From positions 60,407-124,406 of the forward strand of contig CAVECL010000001.1 in the NCBI GenBank assembly GCA_963614595.1: a stretch of 64,000 bases of DNA. Direction: 5' to 3'. Both the position numbers and the translations under genes were made by a program. Position 1 is the first letter of the stretch; each line of letters begins with the position of its first letter. Source of the DNA: Parasutterella excrementihominis. GTDB lineage: Bacteria > Bacillota_I > Bacilli_A > RFN20 > CAG-826. Shown piece by piece: positions 49,114-57,937 of the stretch. The notes under the pieces are model-generated. The model was not told the DNA's origin. It was given only the letters and a program-made list of their open reading frames with translations, and made no database searches.

Positions 49114-49719
49114 ATGGATTTCAAAGATAAAATTAAAAACTATTTAGACCTTGAGACGAAAGTCATCGCTAATTTGAATATCGAGGAAATCAACGAAACC
49201 ATGAACGCGTTGCTCGATTGCTACAACCGCGGAGGCACCGTCTATACCTGCGGCAATGGGGGCAGCGCTTCAACCGCAACTCACATGGTGTGCGATTTTG
49301 GAAAGGGGACCTGCTATGATCTGGACAAGAAATTCCATTTCGTTTGCTTGAACGACAATATTCCGACCATCATGGCTATTGCCAATGACGATTCCTACGA
49401 CAACGTCTTTATTTATCAACTCAAAGATAGGCTCACAAAAAACGATTTATTGCTGGCCATCTCGGGATCCGGAAACAGCCATAACATCGTAAAGGCCGTC
49501 GACTACGCCAAAGAAATCGGCGCGAAAATCATTGGCGTAACTGGTTACAGCGGAGGCAAATTGCTGAAAGCAGCCGATTACCATCTTCACGCCCCCATAG
49601 ATGACATGCAAATAACTGAAGACGTGCATTTGATTTTCAACCACATGATCATGAAAATCTTTTGGCAATACCTTCATGAAATAAACGGCAAAGAAGCCAT
49701 TTACAAAATCAACCAATAG
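49114..49719 (+). CDS. gmhA: sedoheptulose-7-phosphate isomerase (SIS domain)
   Basis: CGNGGSASTATH and ISGSGNS motifs. Confidence 0.85.
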   Translation: MDFKDKIKNYLDLETKVIANLNIEEINETMNALLDCYNRGGTVYTCGNGGSASTATHMVCDFGKGTCYDLDKKFHFVCLNDNIPTIMAIANDDSYDNVFIYQLKDRLTKNDLLLAISGSGNSHNIVKAVDYAKEIGAKIIGVTGYSGGKLLKAADYHLHAPIDDMQITEDVHLIFNHMIMKIFWQYLHEINGKEAIYKINQ

Positions 49720-49739
49720 AACCATCCAAATCAAATTAA

Positions 49740-49764
49740 ACGGGCCCTTAAGGGTCCGTTTTTC
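49740..49764 (+). terminator. Rho-independent terminator after gmhA
   Basis: ACGGGCCC-uuaa-GGGUCCGU hairpin followed by UUUUU. Confidence 0.65.
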
Positions 49765-49882
49765 CTATTTTCGCGAACTTTGCCGTTTTTTGGTCGTTTG
49801 TAGTTCCTCTAAGGCCATGGAAGTGTTACCATTCCACCGCTAGGGCTTTATAAAAGCCCTTAATTGTCTTTAGGAGGACAAC

Positions 49883-52528
49883 ATGGCAGAAAAGAAGTAC
49901 GTCTATTCCTTCAAGGAAGCCCACGAGTATCATCTCGGCAAGGACATCCTTGGCGGAAAAGGTTTCGGACTTGCTGAAATGACCGCCGCCGGGGTCAACA
50001 TCCCCGCTGGTTTCACCATTTCCACCGAAGCCTGCACCCTTTACTACGATTCCGGGAAAGCTATCCCTGATTTCGTGTGGGATGACATCGTGAACCATCT
50101 TCACGAAGTCGAAAAAATCAATGGCAAATCCTTTGGCGGGGGCACCGGTGTGCCTTTGCTCGTCTCGGTCCGTTCTGGCGCCCGCCAGTCCATGCCAGGC
50201 ATGATGGATACCATCCTCAACCTCGGTCTTAATGACAAGACCGTCGATGAACTCGCCAAAGCCGCAAACAACGAGCGCTTTGCTTGGGATTCCTATCGCC
50301 GCTTCATTTTGATGTTCACCAACATCGCGAAAGGCCATCCGCGCACCGAAATGGACGCGATGCTTGACAAGATCAAGACCGACAACGGCTACAAACTTGA
50401 CACCGAAGTCACCACCGATCAGCTCAAAGCTCTTGTCGAAGATTACAAAGCTTACTACAAAAAGATCTTCAACGAAGACTTCCCAACCGACCCCTATGTT
50501 CAGCTCAAGGAAGCTGTCGCCGCTGTTTTCCGCAGCTGGGACAACCCCCGCGCCAACGTCTATCGTCAGATGAACGGCATCCCCTATGAATGGGGCACCG
50601 CCGTCAACGTCCAGACCATGGTCTTCGGCAACATGGGCGAAGATTCCGGCACCGGCGTCGCCTTCTCCCGCGACCCCGGCACTGGTGAAAAGAAAATCTA
50701 CGCCGAATTCCTTCCGAACGCTCAGGGCGAAGACGTCGTCGCTGGCGTCCGCACTCCTCTTCACATCGACGCTCTCAAAGAGAGAATGCCGAAAGTCTAT
50801 GAGGAATTCCTCGCAACCATTACCCGCATGGAAAATTACTTCCACGATATGCAGGATATGGAATACACCGTCGAGCATGAGAAGCTTTACTTCCTCCAGG
50901 CCCGTAACGGCAAGCGCACCGCGCGTGCCGCCCTCAAGATCGCTTGCGACCTTGTCGACGAAGGCTTGATCGACGAAAAAGAAGCGGTCCTCCGCGTCGA
51001 GCCGAAGCAGCTCAATGACTTGCTCCACCCGACCTTCGACACCGCCGACCTCAAAGCTCACGATGCTGTCATTCACGGCCTCCCCGCTTCCCCTGGCGCT
51101 GGCACCGGTGCCATCGTCTTCACCGCTGACGAGTGCAAAGAGTGGCACGACGCTGGCAAGAAAGTCATTCTCGTCCGCGCTGAGACCTCTCCTGAAGACA
51201 TCATCGGCATGGTCAATTCCGAAGCTATCCTCACCGCTCGTGGCGGCATGACCTCCCACGCCGCGGTCGTCGCTCGTTCCATGGGCAAGTGCTGCGTTGC
51301 CGGCGCTACCGAAATCGTTGTCAACGAAGAAGCCAAGACCGTTACCGTCGGTAATAAGGTCTATCACGAAGGCGACATCCTCTCCGTCAACGGAACCACC
51401 GGCCTCGTTTACGAAGGCGCTATCAAGATGGTTCCCGCCGACCTTGGTGGTGACTTCGGCCGCCTCATGGGCTGGGCCGACAAATATCGCCGCCTCAAAG
51501 TCCGCGTCAACGCCAACACCGTTGCAGACGCCAATAACGGCAACCGTTTCGGCGCCGAAGGCATCGGCCTCTGCCGTACTGAGCGTATGTTCTTCGCCCC
51601 TGAGCGTATCCTCCACATGCGTGAGATGATCCTCTCTGATACGACCGAGCAGCGCGAAGCCGCCCTCGAGAAGATCCGTCCGTTCCTTGCGGATGACTTC
51701 CGTCAGATGTACGAAGCGAATCCTGACACCCATGTCAACATTCGTCTCCTCGACCCCCCGCTACACGAATTCCTCCCCGAAATCCACGATGACAAGACCA
51801 TCGCCGAAATCGCGGCTCAACTCGGCGTCAGCGAACAAAAGGTCCGCGACCGCATCAACCAACTCCACCAGGCCAACCCGATGATGGGTTTCCGTGGCGT
51901 TCGTCTCTGCGTCGCTTATCCCGAAATCTATGCGGTTCTCGCCCGTGCCATCATCCAAGCTGCCATTGCTGCTAGCAAGAAAGTTGGCAAGGACATCGAA
52001 CCCGAGATCATGATTCCTCTCTGCGGCGAGCTCAAAGAGTATCGCTGGGCGAAGAAGACCGTCATCGACACCGTCGAAGACGAAATGGCCAAAGAAGGCA
52101 AGAAGCTCGTCTACCACGTCGGTATGATGATCGAAATCCCACGCGCCTGCATCCGCGCTGGCGAGCTTGCCAAAGAAGCTGAGTTCTTCTCCTTCGGGAC
52201 CAACGATCTTACCCAGCTCACCATGGGCTTCTCCCGTGATGACTCCGGCCAGTTCCTCCCTTACTACTATGACCGCAAAATCTACGAATTCGATCCGTTC
52301 CAGACCGTCGATATCGACGGCGTCGGCGAACTCGTGAAGATGGCCGTTGAGCGTGGCCGCGCTTCCAATAAGGATCTCCTTATCGGCGTCTGCGGCGAGA
52401 CTGGTGGCGATGCCGCTTCCATCGAATTCTACGATGCTGTTGGCCTCGACTACGTCTCCTGCTCTCCTTTCCGCGTCCCGCTTGCCCGCCTTGCCGCGGC
52501 CCAAGCTGCGATTAAGCACTCCAAATAA
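49883..52528 (+). CDS. ppdK: pyruvate, phosphate dikinase
   Basis: 881 aa with an ATP-grasp N-terminus, the phosphohistidine region GGMTSHAAVVAR, and the C-terminal PEP-utilising TIM barrel (CGE.GGD). Confidence 0.92.
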   Translation: MAEKKYVYSFKEAHEYHLGKDILGGKGFGLAEMTAAGVNIPAGFTISTEACTLYYDSGKAIPDFVWDDIVNHLHEVEKINGKSFGGGTGVPLLVSVRSGARQSMPGMMDTILNLGLNDKTVDELAKAANNERFAWDSYRRFILMFTNIAKGHPRTEMDAMLDKIKTDNGYKLDTEVTTDQLKALVEDYKAYYKKIFNEDFPTDPYVQLKEAVAAVFRSWDNPRANVYRQMNGIPYEWGTAVNVQTMVFGNMGEDSGTGVAFSRDPGTGEKKIYAEFLPNAQGEDVVAGVRTPLHIDALKERMPKVYEEFLATITRMENYFHDMQDMEYTVEHEKLYFLQARNGKRTARAALKIACDLVDEGLIDEKEAVLRVEPKQLNDLLHPTFDTADLKAHDAVIHGLPASPGAGTGAIVFTADECKEWHDAGKKVILVRAETSPEDIIGMVNSEAILTARGGMTSHAAVVARSMGKCCVAGATEIVVNEEAKTVTVGNKVYHEGDILSVNGTTGLVYEGAIKMVPADLGGDFGRLMGWADKYRRLKVRVNANTVADANNGNRFGAEGIGLCRTERMFFAPERILHMREMILSDTTEQREAALEKIRPFLADDFRQMYEANPDTHVNIRLLDPPLHEFLPEIHDDKTIAEIAAQLGVSEQKVRDRINQLHQANPMMGFRGVRLCVAYPEIYAVLARAIIQAAIAASKKVGKDIEPEIMIPLCGELKEYRWAKKTVIDTVEDEMAKEGKKLVYHVGMMIEIPRACIRAGELAKEAEFFSFGTNDLTQLTMGFSRDDSGQFLPYYYDRKIYEFDPFQTVDIDGVGELVKMAVERGRASNKDLLIGVCGETGGDAASIEFYDAVGLDYVSCSPFRVPLARLAAAQAAIKHSK

Positions 52529-52558
52529 GCTAAGCAATTAGTTTTGATTGGAAACTAA

Positions 52559-52596
52559 AAGCACGATTCCCCAAAAGGGAATTCGTGCTTTTTTAT
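52559..52596. terminator. bidirectional Rho-independent terminator between the convergent ppdK and 87-aa genes
   Basis: AAAAGCACGAUUCCC-caaaa-GGGAAUUCGUGCUUUUUU, with A-run and T-run flanks on either side. Confidence 0.65.
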
Positions 52597-52683
52597 ATTT
52601 TTCGTAACTTTTAAAAGGAAAATTTCAAAAATCCAAGATTTCTTAAAGCAAAGAAAAAGACCTGTTTAACGCTTTAAGGCTAA

Positions 52684-52947
52684 TCAGAGTTCATCGCCAT
52701 AGAACACGAGATCGTTCTTCGCGTCTATTTCTCCGACTTGCCTAGTGTTGAAGTAAATTTCGCCAACTTCGCCTATTTCACCGATTTTGATGCCGTTTCT
52801 TAAGAGGATTCCATCACCCGTAAGCCTGGCAAAATTCTTCCCGGAGATCGTAATTGCAGCGTCCCCATCCCCTAAACGCTCAACATATCCAACAAGCTGA
52901 TCATCAATATAGACATCGTGGCCGTAACAAGGTGTGCAATCCAGCAT
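52684..52947 (-). CDS. hypothetical 87-aa protein with repetitive beta-strand-like GEIGEVGEI / VGEID pattern
   Basis: AAAGGAG Shine-Dalgarno 7 nt upstream and coding-like composition. It sits where veg lies in Bacillus, but does not look like Veg by eye. Confidence 0.5.
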   Translation of the reverse strand: MLDCTPCYGHDVYIDDQLVGYVERLGDGDAAITISGKNFARLTGDGILLRNGIKIGEIGEVGEIYFNTRQVGEIDAKNDLVFYGDEL

Positions 52948-52977
52948 TTCTTATCTCCTTTAAAGAAAAAAGACCCT

Positions 52978-53826
52978 TTACATAAGGATCTTGGTAAGAC
53001 GAACAATGTAGCCCATTTTCGCCAATTTGTGATAGGCGTCTTTGCATTGGTATTCTGATTTCGACATGGCGAAGCAGCAAGAGCCAGAGCCAGACATCGA
53101 AACGATGGGGAAATTGAATTTCCGCAAGAGAGAATAAACTTCGCCGATTTCTGGCAGCAGGCTTTCCGCGGGGGCCATCAGATCATTTCCGATTCCGCGC
53201 GCGATCTTATTCTCGTCGTATTCCGCGAGGCCTTCTTCTACCAAAGCAGTGTTCACATCAGTCTTGGGAAAATTGTCGCAAACACGATAGACATCCGTGG
53301 TGGAGACGCCCCGCTCAGGCTTCACAAGCAAGATGCTCCAGTTTTTCTTAACGTCGATTTCCTTCATCGTTTCTCCGATGCCGCCAACTTCCATTGGCTT
53401 GTTTTTCAAGAAAAAGGGAACGTCTGCTCCGATTTTTAATCCGATCTGGGTCAAATCGTCAATGCTCGCGTTAAGATGAAGAATCTTATTTAGCCCAAGA
53501 AGAACGGTGGCAGCGTTGCTTGACCCGCCGCCTAAGCCCGCCGCAAAGGGGATCTCCTTATGAATCCTGATCAAGAAATGGTCTTCAAAACCATACTTTT
53601 CCTTCATCAGATTGAAAGCCTTCGAGCAAAGATTGTGCTTCAAAGCGGAAAGGCCGGGATCGTCACAGGTTATATGGGTGCCGACGTTTTTCGGAAGACG
53701 CTCAAAGACGATGATGTCATGCAACGTCAGGGGTAGATTCACCATCTCTAGGAGGTGATAGCCATCTTCTCTCGTGCCTAAGACCTTCAGGCTTAGATTG
53801 ATTTTGGCGAAGGATTTGCTAATCAT
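52978..53826 (-). CDS. ispE: 4-diphosphocytidyl-2-C-methyl-D-erythritol kinase
   Basis: GHMP motif PFAAGLGGGSSNAA, an N-terminal KINL.L.V pattern, 282 aa. Conserved ksgA-ispE linkage. Confidence 0.85.
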   Translation of the reverse strand: MISKSFAKINLSLKVLGTREDGYHLLEMVNLPLTLHDIIVFERLPKNVGTHITCDDPGLSALKHNLCSKAFNLMKEKYGFEDHFLIRIHKEIPFAAGLGGGSSNAATVLLGLNKILHLNASIDDLTQIGLKIGADVPFFLKNKPMEVGGIGETMKEIDVKKNWSILLVKPERGVSTTDVYRVCDNFPKTDVNTALVEEGLAEYDENKIARGIGNDLMAPAESLLPEIGEVYSLLRKFNFPIVSMSGSGSCCFAMSKSEYQCKDAYHKLAKMGYIVRLTKILM

Positions 53827-54626
53827 AAACTTGCTTTGGTTAACGTCAGATACTCTTCAGGGGTCAATTGTTCAGGGCGTTTGCTTGGGTCAATTTTTGC
53901 CGCAAGGAGAATATTAGTTGCTTTTGATTGGTCTTTCACCACTGTTTTTAAATTATTCGCGATCGTTTTTCTTCTTTGCAGGAACAAGGATGAGGCAAAC
54001 GAATAAACTTTGCCAAGCAATTCGAGGTCCCTGTCACCCTTATATACATAAGAAAGGACCGTGCTATCGACATGGGGGGCGGGCGCGAAAGAGAAGCGAG
54101 GAACCTTGAATTCCTTTTTTAGCGAGCCGGAAAGCGACAAAAGGATATTCAAAGGGCCATACTCCTTGCTTCCCACGGAGCTTAGCAGCCGATCCGCGGC
54201 CTCTTTTTGGACCATGATGACCATTTTTTTGCATTCGGAAGCACCCAGCAGGACTTTTTCCAAAATCCCAGAGGTAATGTAGTAAGGCAAGTTGCCAACG
54301 ATCTTGCTGTATTTCCCATAATCCCATCTCATTGCGTTGCCTTGGACAACGTTCATATTCGAATTCTGGAAATCCTTCCGGCATTTCTCGAGCATCGCCT
54401 CATCGATGTCGATGGTCTCGCCATGAGCTTTCGCCTCATTCAGAAAGAAAGTCAAAGAACCCGCGCCACATCCGATTTCCAGCACGCAGTCATCTTCTTG
54501 GACGTCCAACAACGAGACGATTCTTTCTGCCGCGTCAGCATCGATCAAAAAATTCTGGCCAACCTCTTTTTTGGCAAGCAGCTTATAGGAATTCACTTCT
54601 TCAAAGAAACTTTCTCTGTCCTTCAT
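53823..54626 (-). CDS. rsmA: 16S rRNA (adenine1518/1519-N6)-dimethyltransferase
   Basis: GQNFL...VLEIGCGAGSLT SAM motif. Confidence 0.9.
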   Translation of the reverse strand: MKDRESFFEEVNSYKLLAKKEVGQNFLIDADAAERIVSLLDVQEDDCVLEIGCGAGSLTFFLNEAKAHGETIDIDEAMLEKCRKDFQNSNMNVVQGNAMRWDYGKYSKIVGNLPYYITSGILEKVLLGASECKKMVIMVQKEAADRLLSSVGSKEYGPLNILLSLSGSLKKEFKVPRFSFAPAPHVDSTVLSYVYKGDRDLELLGKVYSFASSLFLQRRKTIANNLKTVVKDQSKATNILLAAKIDPSKRPEQLTPEEYLTLTKASL

Positions 54627-55159
54627 TTCATCGCCTCTTCTATATCTTTTAAAGTCAAATTAAGTGCGTTCGCCCTTTTTAGAAACGTCTTCGCGTTGCC
54701 ATGCCCTAAATGCAGCTTATCCTCCACCTGGGCGCGCCTAGTCTCAGAGCCAGGCAAACCGGCAAGACCCAAATCAAGCAAATCGCTTTGAGTCAAAGTC
54801 CCCCGAACCGGAGGATTGGCGGGGACAATATGAGACAAGGCAAGGAGCACTTCATCACGGCTGCTTTCCGCAACCCCAACTTTATGATGCTTGATCGATT
54901 TTTCTTTTCGCACAAAAGCATGAAGCACGCCAGGGACATGCTCGGCAATAAGGTCACGGATTCGTTTTCCCGGCGAATCAGGGTCAGTCAAAACAACGAT
55001 CGAACGTTTCTTTGAAGCCTCTTGCAGATACTCAATAGTTTCACGTGAAACCTCAGAGCCATTCGTCGTAACGATGTCGGCGTCCAAGAAAGAATGTAGG
55101 AAAGCCTCATCTGAGGTTCCTTCGACAACAATTATGGAGGAATAAGGTATTTTGCTCAT
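54623..55159 (-). CDS. rnmV: ribonuclease M5 (Toprim domain)
   Basis: IIVVEGTSDE...VLTDPDSPGKRIR Toprim signature. 178 aa. Confidence 0.85.
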   Translation of the reverse strand: MSKIPYSSIIVVEGTSDEAFLHSFLDADIVTTNGSEVSRETIEYLQEASKKRSIVVLTDPDSPGKRIRDLIAEHVPGVLHAFVRKEKSIKHHKVGVAESSRDEVLLALSHIVPANPPVRGTLTQSDLLDLGLAGLPGSETRRAQVEDKLHLGHGNAKTFLKRANALNLTLKDIEEAMK

Positions 55160-55935
55160 AGTTCCACGCGGAACAATCGGGTGAAGTTCTCATTCATTTT
55201 CTCCGCGACCTCATCAATGCTCATTTTACGTATTTCCGCTATTTTCCCGACCAAAATAGGGATGTTTTTGCTTTCGTTTCGACTTCCCCGATAAGGAACC
55301 GGGGCCAAATAAGGGCTATCCGTTTCCACAAGAAGCCGCTCAATCGGACAAGCTTCCACGCATGCTCTTGGCTCATTCGCGTTCTTATACGTGATCGGCC
55401 CATCAAAACCGAAGTACATTCCAAGTTTTGCGAATTCCCTTAAGCTTTCTACGGAACCAGAATAGCAATGCAAAACCCCATTTCTTTTTATCGGGTGCTT
55501 TTTAAGAACTTCCAATGTATCCCCAAGAGCCTCTCGAGCGTGAATGGAGACAGGCAGATCGAGCTCATTGGCCAAATCGATCTGTTTGATGAACCACGCT
55601 TTTTGATTTTCGTGGTCCTTCGGATCCTTATACCAATGATGATCGAGGCCGATCTCCCCTATTCCAACGACTTTCTTATCTTTCGCCAGCTCCCGGAATA
55701 TATCCAAATCGCTATCAAGCGCGCCTTCCAAATTTTCCGGCTGATAGCCAATAAGGGCATGGCAGCAAGGGAACTCATTCGCGATCTCTACCGCTCTTTT
55801 GCTGGAAGGAACATCATAGCCAATCACCAAAAGGGATTTGACCCCTGCTTCTAAAGCCCGTTCGATGACCTCTTTCCGCTCAGGATAGAGGAGATCGTCG
55901 TTCAAATGACAATGCGAATCAAAGTAGATAGCCAT
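55156..55935 (-). CDS. tatD: TatD-family metal-dependent hydrolase (DNase)
   Basis: FDSHCHLND followed by later His/Asp ligands. Start at MAIYFDSHCHL; the ORF extends to 55971. Confidence 0.85.
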   Translation of the reverse strand: MAIYFDSHCHLNDDLLYPERKEVIERALEAGVKSLLVIGYDVPSSKRAVEIANEFPCCHALIGYQPENLEGALDSDLDIFRELAKDKKVVGIGEIGLDHHWYKDPKDHENQKAWFIKQIDLANELDLPVSIHAREALGDTLEVLKKHPIKRNGVLHCYSGSVESLREFAKLGMYFGFDGPITYKNANEPRACVEACPIERLLVETDSPYLAPVPYRGSRNESKNIPILVGKIAEIRKMSIDEVAEKMNENFTRLFRVEL

Positions 55936-55936
55936 A

Positions 55937-57265
55937 TCACTTACCAACGCAGAACCTGGAGAAAATCTCATCGCCCAGATCTTGACTTGGATCCATTCCG
56001 AGTAGCTTTTGGACGCAGTGGTAGGCCTCCTGCAATGGGATTGAGATGAGATCCGGGGCCAAATTGCTTTTCGCTCCTTCTTCCACTTCTTTTAAACAGC
56101 CGTCGATTTCCCGCAAAAGCCCAAGTTCTCTCGCATTCGAAAAAGATGGGGTTTTGAAGGAAGAGGAGGAAAGGGAAAGCGAGTCAAAAATAGCCTCCTT
56201 CAATTTTGAAACATCGCCATTCAAAGCCGAAGTATATAAGGTTCTCTCATCCTTATTATATATAAGGTCCGATTTGTTGAAGCAGACGATGGTCTTCTTG
56301 CCTTTGGAGGCATCGAGGATTTCTTCATCCTCTTTGCCCATTCCTTTGCCGGCATCCACGACCAAGATAACCAAATCCGCTTCTTCGATCGCTTTTTTGG
56401 AGCGCTCCACCCCAATGGACTCAATTTCATCGTTTGAGGCGCGAATCCCCGCGGTATCCAACAAATGAAGAGGCACGCCCTTCACCGATAATTCCCCTTC
56501 CACAATATCGCGCGTAGTTCCGGGGATCGATGAGACGATAGCCTTATCTTGCTCAAGCAAAGCATTCAGCAAGCTTGATTTCCCGGCGTTGGGCGAGCCT
56601 ACCAAAGCCACCTTTATCCCTTCGCGAATGATTTTCCCTTCTTGCCCCTGCTCAATAAGGGAAGCTAGGTGAACTCTGATTTCTTTGGCCTTGCTCCCAA
56701 GAAGCGAAGAATTCGCTTCTTCGATATCCGTATATTCAGGGTAATCGATATTCACTTCAAGCAAAGCGAGAAGAGAGGCTATCTCTTCTTTCAAAGGAGT
56801 AACGAGTTTGCTTGTTTCTCCGCTCAAAGAGAGCAGGGCGAGATTCTTGCTTTCCGAAGTGGTCGCATTAATCAAATCATTGACCGCCTCGGCTTCGATA
56901 AGGTCCATCTTGCCATTGTAAAAAGCGCGAGAAGAGAATTCGCCGCGCGTCGCATAACGCGCCCCGCGAGATAGAAACGCCTGCACGATCTCTTCCACGA
57001 TGAGCATCGACCCATGGCAGCAGATCTCAAGGACATCCTCTCCCGTCATGGTGTTTGGTCCTGGATAAACAAGCAAAACAACCTGGTCGATCGTTTTGTC
57101 CCCATCTTTTAAGCTGCCCACCAAAATGGAACGCGTTTCCGTTTTCGACACGTTTTTGCTAAACAGCGAATCGGCGATTTCAAAAACTCGATCGCCGGAG
57201 CAACGCAGCATGGCGATAGCCCCATTCAAGGGCGGGGTGGCAAGGGCGATGATCGGTTCGTTCAT
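55937..57265 (-). CDS. mnmE: tRNA modification GTPase MnmE
   Basis: G1 GSPNAGKSS, G2-G3 IPGTTRD...DTAG, G4 NKSD, and the C-terminal CVGK. Confidence 0.92.
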   Translation of the reverse strand: MNEPIIALATPPLNGAIAMLRCSGDRVFEIADSLFSKNVSKTETRSILVGSLKDGDKTIDQVVLLVYPGPNTMTGEDVLEICCHGSMLIVEEIVQAFLSRGARYATRGEFSSRAFYNGKMDLIEAEAVNDLINATTSESKNLALLSLSGETSKLVTPLKEEIASLLALLEVNIDYPEYTDIEEANSSLLGSKAKEIRVHLASLIEQGQEGKIIREGIKVALVGSPNAGKSSLLNALLEQDKAIVSSIPGTTRDIVEGELSVKGVPLHLLDTAGIRASNDEIESIGVERSKKAIEEADLVILVVDAGKGMGKEDEEILDASKGKKTIVCFNKSDLIYNKDERTLYTSALNGDVSKLKEAIFDSLSLSSSSFKTPSFSNARELGLLREIDGCLKEVEEGAKSNLAPDLISIPLQEAYHCVQKLLGMDPSQDLGDEIFSRFCVGK

Positions 57266-57334
57266 AGCAAAAAGGATTATACCTGTTTCCTTTTCCTTAT
57301 AAAGAAAAGGCGCCCTTTCGAGCGCCTTGGTTCG

Positions 57335-57934
57335 TCAGTCGACGTAGCGAATCCAAACGGCGCGGTCACTGCCTTCGCCGGTCGATTCGGTTTTGATGTG
57401 CTCCATATCCGAGAGGGCGTTGTGGATAACCCTTCTTTCGTCGGGGGTCATCGGATCAAGCTGAATGTCGATATGGGAAGCAAGAACGTCCCTCGCGGCT
57501 TTCTGGGCAACGCGGGTCACTTTCTCGTACTTATCTTCCTTGTAGCTGCCGACATCGAGCAAGACGCGATAGCGATGATGGAACTTGTTGCTGACGGCGA
57601 GCTTGGTGAGCTCATTCAAGCTTTGAAGCGTCCTTCCGCCACGGCCAATAAGAATGGGGTTGCGGGGAGAATCGATGGAAACTTTGATGATGTCGTCTTC
57701 GATTCTCGCTTCGATTGTGGTCTCCACACCAAGGGCCTTCAAGGAGCCGAAGAGGTATTCTTTCGCATAAGTAGCAGCGTCATCTTGGTCATAAACCGCG
57801 ATGGTCGCGCTCTTTTTGAAGAGCCCTTTCTTTTCCTCCGTGACCTTATAGATCAACTTTTTGGCGTCGATTCCAAGCGTCTCAGAAGCGGCGGCAACGG
57901 CCTCTTCCACGGTCTTAGCAGTGAATTCTTTCAT
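57335..57934 (-). CDS. khpB: RNA-binding protein Jag/KhpB (KH + R3H)
   Basis: Conserved position next to yidC, and the C-terminal R3H region (RRVIHNAL). Confidence 0.85.
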   Translation of the reverse strand: MKEFTAKTVEEAVAAASETLGIDAKKLIYKVTEEKKGLFKKSATIAVYDQDDAATYAKEYLFGSLKALGVETTIEARIEDDIIKVSIDSPRNPILIGRGGRTLQSLNELTKLAVSNKFHHRYRVLLDVGSYKEDKYEKVTRVAQKAARDVLASHIDIQLDPMTPDERRVIHNALSDMEHIKTESTGEGSDRAVWIRYVD

Positions 57935-57937
57935 GAT

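Noticed and set aside
49843-49860. AGGGCUUU-auaa-AAGCCCU hairpin 22 nt upstream of the ppdK start
   Set aside because: It could be a leader attenuator, but it lacks a following U-tract and overlaps the likely promoter/5'UTR. Evidence is too weak to call it a regulatory element.
49826-51733. 635-aa ORF on the minus strand, rich in Gly/Asp/Val/Ala
   Set aside because: It lies entirely antisense to ppdK, which has unmistakable PPDK motifs. Low-complexity antisense frames like this are a usual by-product of GC-rich third positions.
51761-52537. 258-aa minus-strand ORF
   Set aside because: Antisense to the 3' half of ppdK. No RBS and no motif.
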